From Eledone cirrhosa (lineage: Eukaryota), in contig OZ024740.1 in NCBI GenBank assembly GCA_964016885.1, positions 373,240,001-373,304,000 of the forward strand: 64,000 nt of DNA, given 5' to 3'. The notes under the pieces are model-generated. The model did no database searches. It worked only from the letters and a program-made list of their open reading frames with translations, and was not told where the DNA came from. This document shows positions 32,913-45,680 of the stretch, piece by piece. Numbering within the stretch: position 1 is the stretch's first letter; every line of letters starts with the position of its first letter. The translations under genes were made by a program, and so were the position numbers.

Positions 32913-32929
32913 AACTAGTAGTAGTAGTA
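32838..32929. repeat. (AGT)n(AGC)n microsatellite
   Basis: Direct reading. Confidence 0.93.
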
Positions 32930-34300
32930 AAATGTTTACCTTTCTTTGTATTTCCTCCTGCCTACAAAACTCATGTATTTCTACAAGCATTGCGTGCTTT
33001 TAATATGTTTATTTGACAAATTATTGTTATTTTGTGCATGCTCTTTCTTCGTTTTAACTATTTGCTCATGATACACACATGCAATTACTTAATAAAAATT
33101 AAGAAGCTAAAATTACCATGCGTGTGTTATTTATTTCACTCATGTCTAGAAACTCTCTTTGTTTTTCTTTTTCCTTGCTACGAATATATGAGAAACCAAA
33201 ATATTCGCACCATCACACGTCTTTCAGAATTCTAGTGAATATAATTTTTAATTCATAGCAGCACGATCTTTTGTGCGGGGAGTAATATGAGTAACATTGT
33301 GCAATCATCATATGAAGATACCAGGAAAATATGTCAATTCCAATGCCAACCTTCAGAAAAGCAAGCTGATGTAAAATACTATATCCCAATCTTTGATTGA
33401 CTTTAGTAGTCACGTTAAATTAATTTAGGACAGTAATTCATACGGTATCAAAATTGTCCTTTCAATTTAATATAATTTGCCAGGAGGCAGTTTATAAGTG
33501 CTACAATTTCATTCTGTGAACGCGAATATCTTGCCAATTAAATTGCAGCTTCACTATTTCTATAAATATAAGCATACGAAATATTAGAGAAACTCGCATT
33601 TTAGATTCATATACATATGTATAAAAATCTACTCTTTAATTATGATCATCATAAATAGAGTATTAGTTGCTTTCTCATTGCTTTGTTCTATTTTTACATT
33701 ACTTCCTAATTCTCTATTTATTGCGGTGATTAATTTATAAATAAATTTTATTTACAAATGAATATATGTATATATCTCAAATAGTTTATCTTTTTTATAT
33801 ATCGACGGATTATACGTGTACACCGTTTATGTCAAGCATTAAACCTTTCGTTATTCAAGATGTTTAACGCCTACTGGTAATAAAAAGTAGTGTATATTAG
33901 GAAAATTGTAGGTTGTAAAATCACTAAAGCATGTATATATTTATAATATCGGTATTTAGGAAACCAAGGTCTACAATAGAATATGTTCAAGTGCATTAAT
34001 ATCAAATGATATGAATGAGTGCGTATCTTAATATTTGATAGAGAGAAGAGCTGGTAAGGTATGATGTGACGTTATAAATGTTCATTTAAAAAAATCACTA
34101 ATAGGATGAAGATATTGAATAGTTGTCGCTTCCTCTTCCTTCTGTCTTCATTTTCTCTCTTTTGAGTGTGTGTGTGCTTGTAAGTATATGTAGCATTTTC
34201 CGTAGATGCGACAAGGAAAACATATAACATTGATCAATCGGGAAGGGAGCAGGAATATTATATTACTCATCAATATTCATACACGATATATATATGTATG

Positions 34301-34452
<152 letters not shown>

Positions 34453-34499
34453 TATGCATACGTGCACACATACATAAATAAACACACACACATATATAT

Positions 34500-34648
34500 A
34501 GGAACGGGTACGACCCCGACGGCTGAGTTCAAGCCGTTTAGACGGCTAATTCAGTCCAGAATTACCCACTATTACCCACTCTATTACCCTAAGTATTGAG
34601 TACTTTTGTGCGTTATGGTCCATGTGGTTCCTTACCACATTTCCTTCG

Positions 34649-34650
<2 letters not shown>
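34500..34650. mobile_element. PLE family C mini-insertion, right arm internally deleted
   Basis: Inverted arm, then agtccagaatta, then the tail shared with 24380-24460 and 55785-55864. Confidence 0.8.
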
Positions 34651-34737
<87 letters not shown>

Positions 34738-36366
34738 GGGAATATGCACGTATATGAATACACAAGCAGAAGCAAACATCTCTGTCTACTTAACTTGGTT
34801 TTACCATTTTTAACTTAAAGTTCCATTTATTTGTTGGTTATATTCACATCAAAACCAAATCGTCATTTCATTTTCGTGAAAATATATTTTACCTTTTCAT
34901 GCATGTATTCATTGTTAGATACTTTATAACACATGCAGTCATACATACATTAACTGAACCCCAGCTCGGAGACGGTATTGCCTTTAGCCCCATGATATCT
35001 ACATCGTAATTTATGCTATCTGAAATACCTCAGAATTATATTTTAACACACAATAAAAAAAAGCGAATATTCTCTCCACGTGAGTTGAACTACATGCCTG
35101 TTATTTCACGCAGGGCCACGTTGCTGATTAGTTTACATCAGACCACTTCGCCCATTATATTAGTGCTTATAAGAGTCTTAATAGAGAACGCTCGTTTTAT
35201 AATTCCCCTTATCGCACATATAATTATTACAATTCTTTCTGTCACTACTTAACCAATCAATAAGAGGACCGCTGCAGTTATACATAACTGTCATACCCCT
35301 ATGTATTCGTCCGAAAAGATCCCATATTATGAACATTATATAAGGACAATATAAACAGAATTATAAACTTAATATCGGGCATATACAAGTAAAAATTAGA
35401 AATATTAAAGATACCACTCAACAGACATAATCTTTTTACTTCTCTTATACTATTCAACTTCATTTATGATTACATTTTAGCAAACCTGTACGACTACAGA
35501 CACCAGAAGTCTCATTGAATAAAATGAAATAATTTTGCTGTCCACCTGTCTCTTACATATATCACGGGAGTTGTATATCAAGAAAGGTTGAATGCTGAAT
35601 TTTCTTTTTAGAAATATCTATGGCAACATCTTCAATAGAGTAATGTATAGGACTGGTTCCTTAATTAATGAAACGTGTTGATTAAAATGTATTGCTTGTA
35701 CGTTACACTTGTCACACACTACCCTTTAAACAATAGTGACACCTTCCTTTACAGAAATTCATTTAATTAAACAAACAGATACAATCCAAGTTGGATCTGT
35801 TTTATTTTTATTCAGATGTTTTTTTTTATTGTATATCTATCTTATATAATACCCAGATCACTGAATATGGTTACTGGAACACATGATACAACATTGAAAT
35901 TATATTAACTGCCCCATCATTGCTGAGCTGGTTTATTCGGTTTTCGCTGCTGTTTCCAGCGTCACTATAAGGCAATCATATTGTCCTAAGTAATTCACCG
36001 TTGCAACACGTTGTTTCACCATGCAGTCTAGTAATAACAGGTATGTATGATATATTTTCAACTTGTTCCCTTAGGTGGAGTATATTCATATAGTAATTCG
36101 GCATTACAACACATTATTCCCCATGTGGTCCAGCAACGCAATGGCATATATGATATATTTTCAATGTTGTATCTTCGTCGGGGTATTATAGAAGTTAAAA
36201 CCGATTTTGTTTACCCAATTTAGCTTATATCCCTCCCGCAATGAGATGTTGGCTTATATTGAATATATTTTAATACTTCTCTGTTTGGATAATTTACTAA
36301 TATATTGTATCCTTTCATGTGGATTTCTCCCGAATGAAACAGTTCTAGTCCTGTAGAAGCCATTTC

Positions 36367-36438
<72 letters not shown>

Positions 36439-36441
<3 letters not shown>

Positions 36442-36713
36442 CTTCCAGCCTTCATTGGTATTTCATCGTATTAAACGGCTAAAGAAAGTCGTTGGGACAC
36501 GTAAATAGGGGGACCGAACGAGACAGTGTTTACTCTCTCGCTCGTTCCCCCTATTTACGTGTCCCAACGACTTTCTTTAGCCGTTGCTCGCACGAACCAG
36601 AGGTTTATGTTCTTTAAAGCGATTAAATAACAATGAAGACTGGAAGATCACTGATGAAGGATTAATGTTATTCATATGTAAACCATTTGCCACCACGCAG
36701 CACGCCACTTTTT
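36439..36713. mobile_element. Unclassified inverted-repeat insertion with tail, in (TA)n
   Basis: cggctaaagaaagtcgttgggacacgtaaataggggga is mirrored exactly; outer arms tgatcttccag and ctggaagatca. Confidence 0.75.
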
Positions 36714-36726
36714 CATATATATATTT

Positions 36727-37434
36727 TATAAAAAATAAACCAAAGAAGCCTTCAATACATCAAAAGTCTTTATTAGCCAACAATGTTTCGTCCTATTAAG
36801 GACTCATCCGGGCAAGTAAAGCTACAAGAAGCACTATCGGCCAATACAAGCCAGAAACTCAGAAGAATATGGAGTATACATCTATTAAAGCCTAGGAAGG
36901 ATATTAAGGAAAAGTTGGCTAAGATTAAGAGTGATCAGTTACATACATAGATATGGACCAAATAGCAAGGAAGTGATTAACATGTTGAACCCACACTGCA
37001 AATATTGTATAATGCAACAACTTGAAACACAAATGGTAATATAATGCGAGTATAATATAATATAATAGACGGTGATAATAAAAAGCTTAATATATGTATA
37101 TATATACATATGTATATATATACTGCTCACTCTTAATCTTAGACAACTTTTCCTTGATACCTTTCCTAAGCTTTAATAGATGTATACTCCATATTCTTCT
37201 GAGTGTTTGGCTTGTAACGGCCGATAGTGCTTCTTGTAGCTTTACTTGCCCTGATGAGTCCTTAATAGGACGAAACATTGTTGGCTAATAAAGACTTTTG
37301 ATGTATAGAAGGCTTCTTTGGTTTATCTTTTATAATTCTTCGGCTCTGTTTAATTACATAGAGCTATATCCTATACTGTCATTTCTATAATATGAAGAGG
37401 GTGTTTAACTCCAACACACTGTAGTATTTTAATT

Positions 37435-37438
<4 letters not shown>
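36727..37438. mobile_element. PLE pLTR inverted-repeat insertion
   Basis: 36727-36938 is the reverse complement of 37124-37335; about 100-nt tail; HHR in both arms. Confidence 0.85.
37248..37285 (+). ncRNA. Canonical minimal type I hammerhead (mutated inverted copy 36776-36813)
   Basis: GCC-CUGAUGA-GUCCU uaau AGGAC-GAAAC auu GUU-GGC. Confidence 0.9.
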
Positions 37439-37502
<64 letters not shown>

Positions 37503-37506
<4 letters not shown>

Positions 37507-38955
37507 TTTACATATATATATACATACACATACATATACGTGTTTTGCAACTGGTCACTTTGTGGCTCAATGAAAAAATAATAAATTAAACAATCAGAGC
37601 TATATATCCTAAAACATGTCTATAGAATCACAAGATAAAATATAAACTATTTCCTCTCCCAATTAGCATAATTAACTATATAAGAAATCGAATTGACCAG
37701 GCTATACGAATGAGGCTTCTATGAAGGAATCTCCGACAAATAACCGAAAGTAGCGCTTCGCGTCGGCCGTAGCGGAATATTTATCGAATATTTCGACAGC
37801 TTAATCGCCTAGATATAATCAACTAAACAGAATTAGGTTTAAAATAAACTAGGAGAAAATAGAATACATTTAAATACCTCTAACATGGTTTCGTCCGTGT
37901 TTTGAGTTTTCAAATAATTATGTAATAATTATATAAACTCGAGCGCCGGATTCTTCAGGAAGCTCGCTCATATCTAGACATTAAATTTTCCAAAACGATC
38001 GCGACAAGAATTCATTTCAAAATGATAGAGGTATTTAAATGTATTCTATTTTCTCCTAGTTTATTTTAAACCTAATCCTGTTTAGCTGACTATATCGAGG
38101 CGATTACGCTGTCGAAATATTCAATAAATATTCCGCTACGGCCGACGCGAAGCGCTACTTTCGGTTATTTGTCGGAAATTCCTTCATAGAAGCCTCATTC
38201 GTATAGCCTGGTCTATTCGATTTCTTATATAGTTAATTATGCTAATTGGGAGAGGAAATAGTTTATATTTTATCTTGTGATTCTATAGACATGTTCTATG
38301 ATATATAGCTCTGATTGTTTAATTTATTATTTTTTCATTGAGCCACGAAGTGACCAGTGGCAAAACACATATATGTATGTATATATATATGTAAACTTTT
38401 ATATGTAATAATCTCCCACTAAATTGAGATACACATTTGGCTGTATTGTGCTGTGCTTTCTAGCAAAAATGCCACCAGTCGTAAGCAACTACCACACCCC
38501 TTCCAACTTGACCGCGACTACGTCACGATTTTTAGCCATTTTGAAATGAATTCTTGGCGCGATCGTTTTGGAAAATTTAATGTCTAGATATGAGCGAGCT
38601 TCCTGAAGAATCCGGCGCTCGAGTCTATATAATTATTACATCATTATTGGAAAACTCAAAACACGGACGAAACCATGGTAGAGGTATTTAAATGTATTCT
38701 ATTTTCTCCTAGTTTATTTTAAACCTAATTCTGTTTAGTTGATTATATCTAGGCGATTACGCTGTCGAAATATTCGACAAATATTCCGCTACGGCCGACG
38801 CGAAGCGCTACTTTCTGTTATTTGTCGGACATTCCTTCATAGAAGGCTCATTCGTATAGCCTGGTCTATTCGATTTCTTATATAGTTAATTATGCTAATT
38901 GGGAGAGGAAATAGTTTATATTTTATCTTGTGATTCTATAGACATGTTTTATGAT
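37503..38955. mobile_element. Retrozyme-like element, 653-nt non-coding monomer; inverted arm 37503-38025, sense arm 38026-38955 (about 1.4 monomers)
   Basis: gaggtatttaaatg recurs at 38028 and 38681; one HHR per monomer; (TA)n flanks. Confidence 0.8.
38599..38684 (+). ncRNA. Type I hammerhead, extended stem II, palindromic stem III (inverted copy 37877-37962)
   Basis: CUUC-CUGAAGA-AUCCG...CGGAC-GAAA CCAUGG UA-GAGG. Confidence 0.85.
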
Positions 38956-38978
38956 ATATATATATATATATATATATA

Positions 38979-40008
38979 CAATATTAAATAAATGGAAAAC
39001 TATATTTATAAAACCATATCTATTTCATTATATATATTTCGGGGATATCATATTAACAATATGCTATGCCTTCATCAGACAAAATACAATATAAACAGTT
39101 TTATAGATAAATATATTCGACATACCGTAATAAACATCGACTTCATTTGAAGAGGTTTACGCTAGCAGTGAAAATACAGAGAGAAAGAAAGAGAGAAAAA
39201 AAGGGAGAAAAAAGAAAGAAAGACAACACGAAGAAAAGGAAGAAAAAGAAGAAAAAGAAAAAGAAGAAATGCATGGAACAAAATAGAGAGATGGAAAAAT
39301 AGATAAAGCGAAGAGCTTCATGTAAAGAAACAGAAAGAGATATATATATAGAGAGAGAGAGGAAATAGAGATAGATACATAAATATATATAGAAAATTAG
39401 GTAGTGGGAGGTCATTTTGAGTAAGTGTATCAATGATACATTTATTTATTTATTTATTCATTTATTTATTTATTTAGCTCAAGTATTAATGTAAGGGAGA
39501 TATATATAGAGAGAAAAAAAATTTAAAAATAGCCAGACATATTCGAGGCGTAGAAAACCCTATGTTATAATGTATTAGTATTTATAAAACTTACACTATA
39601 TTGTAAATATCAGTATTCCTGAATGAAACAAGTATCCATAATGTGTGAAAATTCATTATCTTATGTTTAGTTTTAAAAAAATCATTTTTTTTCTCTTTTT
39701 TTCTCTCTCTCTTTCTCTCTGTATTTTCACTGCTAGCGTAAACCTCTTCAAATAAAGTCGATGTTTATTACGGTATGTCGAATATATTTATCTATAAAAC
39801 TGTTTATATTGTATTTTGTCTGATGAAGGCATAGCATATTGTTAATATGATATCCCCGAAATATATATAATGAAATAGATATGGTTTTATAAATATAGTT
39901 TTCCATTTATTTAATATTGTAAATATACTCCAAATATTTGTCGAGTGCTTTTATATCAGTTATAAATATTTACTAGTTGTAACCCAACAATTTTAAATAT
40001 AACTTTAC
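38979..40008. mobile_element. PLE pLTR inverted-repeat insertion
   Basis: 38979-39190 is the reverse complement of 39710-39921; about 85-nt tail; HHR in both arms. Confidence 0.85.
39812..39877 (+). ncRNA. Type I hammerhead (inverted copy 39021-39086)
   Basis: UAUUUUGU-CUGAUGA-AGG..CAUAUU guu AAUAUG..CCC-GAAA UAUAUA UA-AUGAAAUA. Confidence 0.75.
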
Positions 40009-40024
40009 ATGTATATATATATAT

Positions 40025-40110
<86 letters not shown>

Positions 40111-40115
<5 letters not shown>

Positions 40116-40542
40116 TAAACGGAATATAAAATGCTGACAAATTGTTCACAGTTGAAAAATGGTTTAATTAGGAATAAAAGAGTATTAGTGATTGTATGGG
40201 TTAGTATTCAGTTGTGGTTTTAAGTTTTTAAGTTGTTACCGGTTGCGCATTTCTAAATGCTTTTCAAAAATAATTTTGCGATAGAGTGTCCGTGCTGTTT
40301 GCTCTGATCAGAGCAAACAGCACGGACACTCTATCGCAAAATTATTTTTGAAAAGCATTTAGAAATGCGCAACCGGTAACAACTTAAAAACTTAAAACCA
40401 CAACTGAATACTAACCCATACAATCACTAATACTCTTTTATTCCTAATTAAACCATTTTTCAACTGTGAACAATTTGTCAGCATTTTCTATTCCGTTTAC
40501 CAATATATAATAACTTGTGTGTTACACCTCTATTCTTTTAAC
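40111..40542. mobile_element. PLE family F: near-perfect about 390-bp spacerless palindrome plus 35-nt tail
   Basis: Centre CTGATCAG at 40304-40311; one mismatch seen between the arms. Confidence 0.92.
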
Positions 40543-40571
40543 TATATATATAAATATATATATATATATAT

Positions 40572-41225
40572 GGAGAAGAAGTTTATGAAATGGAAATGCG
40601 GGTATAAAGAATTTATTAGGTAACAATTGTTTCTATAGTGTATGGGTTACCTATACCTCGCTATTTGAATAATATAAAAATATTATCATAAACCGAAGGT
40701 ACACTGTAAGTAAACACACCATGTCGTCAGACCTTTGTATTGGAATGATATGAAAATATTTTATACACTAGATAAAAGAAAAAGAAGAAGGTAGGAAGAG
40801 AAGGGGAAGAGGGAAGTGAGTAAGGTGGAGGGAGTCCTAGGATTTAAGACTGTCAGACTAGTAGAGATTGTAAGGAGAGAATGTTTTGGCAGCAGTTAGC
40901 TTAATGAGGCGTGTTAGGGTTGGAGGGGAGGTAAATTCTTCTAGTGGTGTTGTTCGGACAAAATTTAGTGAAAGGGGTCAAAGTGGTACAAGTTACAGAC
41001 AAGTTATTGGGGCTACTATAGTAGCAGGTCATTTCTAAAGGGGTCCAGAAAACAGTGTTTAGTACTATTATTATAGAAAGCCATATCTTGTGTATAAACA
41101 TATAAAACAGAAATTTGCAAACGGTGGTGTAAAAAGGTAACATTATATGCATTTAAAAAAAGAAAAAGTCGTTTTCAAACGATGGTTACAGTATAGTGAA
41201 TGTTCAATTTTGCTGTTCAAAAGTG
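40572..41225 (-). mobile_element. PLE 3' UTR/pLTR fragment
   Basis: Contains an HHR followed by AATAAA; (TA)n flanks. Confidence 0.65.
40618..40734 (-). ncRNA. Type I hammerhead with about 90-nt stem II
   Basis: AGGU-CUGACGA-CAUGGUGUG...UACACUAUA-GAAA CAAUUG UU-ACCU. Confidence 0.8.
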
Positions 41226-41237
41226 TATATATATATA

Positions 41238-41445
41238 AGAACGAGTAGGACCCCGACGGCTGAGCTCAAGCCGTTTCGAAGGCTAATTCTGGACTAAATG
41301 AAAATGTTAATCCTGGTATATGAATAGCCGAGCTTCTCAGGGGGTAATTCCATATATGGTAAAAGTGATTGTCACAAGGATTGGTCAAAAGTTTGTTGTT
41401 GAGACACATAATTCTATCATGGCAATTTGTGGAAGGAAGGGGTAA
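41238..41445 (-). mobile_element. PLE family C 3'-end fragment with HHR (41251-41344)
   Basis: Matches 53642-53790. Confidence 0.85.
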
Positions 41446-41454
41446 TATATATAT

Positions 41455-41472
41455 ATATAATAATAATAAGTA

Positions 41473-41545
<73 letters not shown>

Positions 41546-41662
41546 AATGGTAATAATTGTTTCTACGTTAGGCACAAGGCCAGCATTTATCCAGTATATT
41601 ACTGGTACTTTATTTTATCTACCCCGTAAGGATGAATGGCAAAGTTAATCTCGGCGGGATTT
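41455..41662 (-). mobile_element. 5'-truncated SINE with expanded (ATT)n tail
   Basis: SINE body reverse complement at 41552-41662; (AAT)n at 41455-41550. Confidence 0.85.
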
Positions 41663-42060
41663 AATAATATACGATATGTTTACGAATGAACATTTGAAAG
41701 CCTTGAAATTTAAAGTATAGATTTAAAGATGGCTCGGCAGCACCTGGCGAGTTCCAGAAGATGAAAGGGAGGTTACCGACCGCTGTTTCTGACTTATGTA
41801 TTTGTTATCAATGCGATGCGCATTTGTACCTCGCTTGCGGCTGGGATTCTATATAGATGCAAACATATTTTAACGCTTCTCTATATGGGCTGTTTAGCCT
41901 AATTTGCATACGGAGCTGATGTGAGGCTCGGCCTGAACAAAAAATAGAATTAAGCTGATCGCTTCAGCATAGCTGTTTATTCGTAAACACGTATATAATT
42001 ATATATACCAAACTTATATACTTATATATATATATACAGCCATGTTGGAGTGAACACCTC

Positions 42061-42128
<68 letters not shown>

Positions 42129-42136
42129 CTCTTTCG

Positions 42137-42220
<84 letters not shown>

Positions 42221-45052
42221 CGTATTGGCAGAAGGAAGGGTGGAACTGCCATTTTCCAACATGATTTATTTCCAGCAGATGGTAAAACAACATTCTCCAA
42301 TGGCTACTGTGAATCAGTCACTGTGCACAATAAAGCCAATGACCTGATATTAGTTGGGCTCTATAGGCCACCACAAACACCCATATTCTGCTTCAAAGAA
42401 TGCCTCAACAGTATTAAATGCTTTATTAAACAGTGCCATTTTAGCAATATACTCATGATGGGAGATTTTAATCTACCCTGTGTCGATTGGTCTACAAGCA
42501 ATTTTAAAGCAGGCACCCCAACCATAACCACTGACAAAGAAGCAGTCGAGTCACTTCTTGACTTCATGAATGAGTGTTTCTTGTCCTAACTTGTATTTGC
42601 AACAACAAGGCACCAGAAGAACATTCTGGATCTAGTGTTTAGTAACCACACTAATACTATACATTACAGTGGAAAAAAAACCCCTTATCTCAGACCCTGA
42701 CCTGGTTCTTTGTAACCTGAGATTCCACCAGCCGAAAGCTAATCCTAGGGACCTCTTTCCAGCCCACCCGTTTGATAACATGGATCTCTACAATACCAAC
42801 TGGGATGCAATTATGAACGAACTATCACATGTTGACTGGTCTTTTACACAGGCACACACTTCCACCGACATCAAAACATCTTGGCAGATCTTTGTAGACA
42901 CTGTCACAAATATATGTACAAAACACACCCCACCAAAACCTGTGAACAAAACTAAGTGCAGTATCCCCCAAAACAGAAAACCCAATTACCAGAAAAATAA
43001 GAAAACAGAAAAATTAACACACTAAAATACTGCGAACAGCAACACACGCATTTGACGGCTATCGCCCTGCTTGAACCAACAAAATATAACCTCGAACAAT
43101 GCATGTAGACCATCATCACTAACCAGAGAACAGCTGAAGAGAGGTGTGCCATTGAGAAAATCAAACTCAACTCCAAAGTGTTCTTTTTTATTTGCTTAAA
43201 AAACACAAGGTCACGGTCTCCACTGTTGGCCCTCTAGTTGATGAAAATGGCACACTCCAAGATGATGCCAAAACCATGGGCGAGATACTGCAGAAACAAT
43301 ACTGCTCTGTTTTCAGCAATCCTGATATGGCCGATCTGGCCTGTATAAGTGATGTTAATGCAACACACTACATCGGACATAACTTTTGGCGCCTCTGATG
43401 TCTCAGCGGCAATAAACGAAATTAAACGCAATTCAGCAGTAGGCCCCGACCTGTTCCCTGCTTGTGTCCTGAAGGTGTGTCGACACCAACTTGCATCTCC
43501 TCTTGCTAATCTGTGGAGGAACTCACTGGATACTGGTTATATTCCTGAGGACTTTCTGTCCCAATCCGTTGGCCCAGTCTTCAAAAAGGGAAATAAGTCC
43601 CTTGCAGTGAACTACTGTCCGATCTCACTCACCTCTCATATTATCAAGGTATTTGAAAGGGTGGTGATATCATGAGTAACCCACTTTCTTGAAAGCAACG
43701 GCCTGCTGAACTCCAACCAACAGTGGTTCCGTAATGGAAGTGATTGCCTAACGCAGCTGCTACATCACTTTGACAATGTTTTGAGAGCCTTTGGATTGGG
43801 GTCCAAATCTGATGTCATGTACCTTGATTTCAGCAAGGCCTTTGACAGGATTGATTATAAGATTCAACTGAAACAACTATCAAATATTGGTGTCTCTGGA
43901 AAATTACTACAGTGGATCAAATGTTTCCTGACCGACAGAACCCAGCATGTAGTCGAAGGAATAAAATCAAGCCCTGCCAAAGTTAGCAGTGGCGTCCCAC
44001 AAGGCACTGTGATGGGCCCACTTCGTTTCATCATCTACAATAATGTTATTACTGACATCATCAAGCACATCAACATAATAATCTTCGCACATCATTCCAA
44101 GCTCCAAAGGGTCATCAATGAGGTGGGTACCGGATTGCCTTCACTCAGACCTACTGACTGTTATCCAATGGGCAGAAAACAATAATATGTTGTTGAATGA
44201 GGACAAGTTTGAATTAATCCACTTTGGAAAAAAGGATGCCCTGAAACTACCATACTCTCTGCCTTAGGGTGAAACTCTAGTGGCATCCAACAACATCAGA
44301 GACCTGGGAGTAATTGTGGACAACAACATAAGCTGGGCCACTCATATAAACAAGAAAGTTGACATGGCCAGCAGAAAGTGTTCCTGATTTCTCAGAACCT
44401 TCCAGTCGATAGATATCGCTACTGTTATTCTTCTCTTCTCCACTTTTGCCGACCCCACCTTGAATACTGTTGTCAAGTGTTGTCTGCCCACAGGAAACAA
44501 AGTATCATGAAAGTTGAAGCACCCCAAAAATCGATTACAAAAATGATAAATGGCATGACAGCCCTTGACTATTGGACTCGATTAGAAAATCTCAACATTT
44601 ATTCTCTCCAAAGTCGCCGTGAGCGCTACATTATCTACATGATGTAAACAAATATTCCATCAGCTTTGCCCAGATGATGTTGGCATCACCTTTAATGTAC
44701 ACCCAAGGCTTGGGCCCGGTGCTATCCGCCCACAACATAAATCTCACTCGCATCTCATAACAACAATACGGCATAATTATTTCACCTCAATTGGCTCTGC
44801 TCTCTTTAACATTACACCAAAACACATCAAAACAGAAACAGACCCCATAGAGTTCAAGAAGTCTTTGGACAATCCTTCAACAAATCCCGGATAAGCCTCC
44901 TACACCCGGATATGCCTACATAAACAATAACTCTCTGCTCGAGTGGGCGATGTTGCCCAAACCCTGATTTGTAAGACTTCATCGGGTGTTGCTATTAAGT
45001 TAGACATGGCCTGGGCCAATACTGGCCGAAACCTATCAAAGTTATCAAAGTT
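42221..45052 (+). mobile_element. CR1-clade LINE ORF2 pseudogene (APE endonuclease + RT) with 3' UTR
   Basis: GLYRPP, MGDFNLP, ILDLVFSN, PVFKKG..NYCPISLTS, YLDFSKAFD, SGVPQGTVMGP, RPHLEYC; tail tatcaaagttatcaaagtta. Confidence 0.95.
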
Positions 45053-45074
45053 ATATATATATATATATATATAT

Positions 45075-45607
45075 GAAATTTGGTTGTTTTGGAAGCCTCA
45101 ACAATGCAGATGGGTAAATCTCCGGGTAACAGAATCCGGTGGTGAAGAGAGAGATGTAGGAGGAAATGTAGAATGAGATGTATAGTGTGTAGAGGAACGT
45201 AGGTAAGAGCGTAAAAATAAAAGTAATCACACGAGATAGAATTACCTTGTGAGAGATTTAATTGCCCCTATATTACGCATCAATGAACTGGGGGGTTTTC
45301 CAAGGGGGAAAGTTATATGTCGGAGAGGAACGGTACGTGGCCTCTGTTGTCCACCGTTTGTGTGTAACTGAGATAATCCGTAGAGCACGCGTGCGCGCGG
45401 ATTAGGTGCGGTCAAGCAAAGGTCTAGGCATTTCCTGTTTATTGTGGAAGTGGGATGGCGCTAGCTGTCAATCCATTATACTACCTATATTCAGTCTTTG
45501 TTACAGGCAGAATGAGTAGTCTGCCTGGTCGGTGGATGGTGGGGGCGTTATACACACAATAACGATCGTTCGAATGCCACTGTGTGTGTGTGTGTGTGTG
45601 TGTGTGT

Positions 45608-45680
<73 letters not shown>

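Noticed and set aside
36651-36690. CTGATGAAGG as a hammerhead core
   Set aside because: No stem II closure or downstream GAAA
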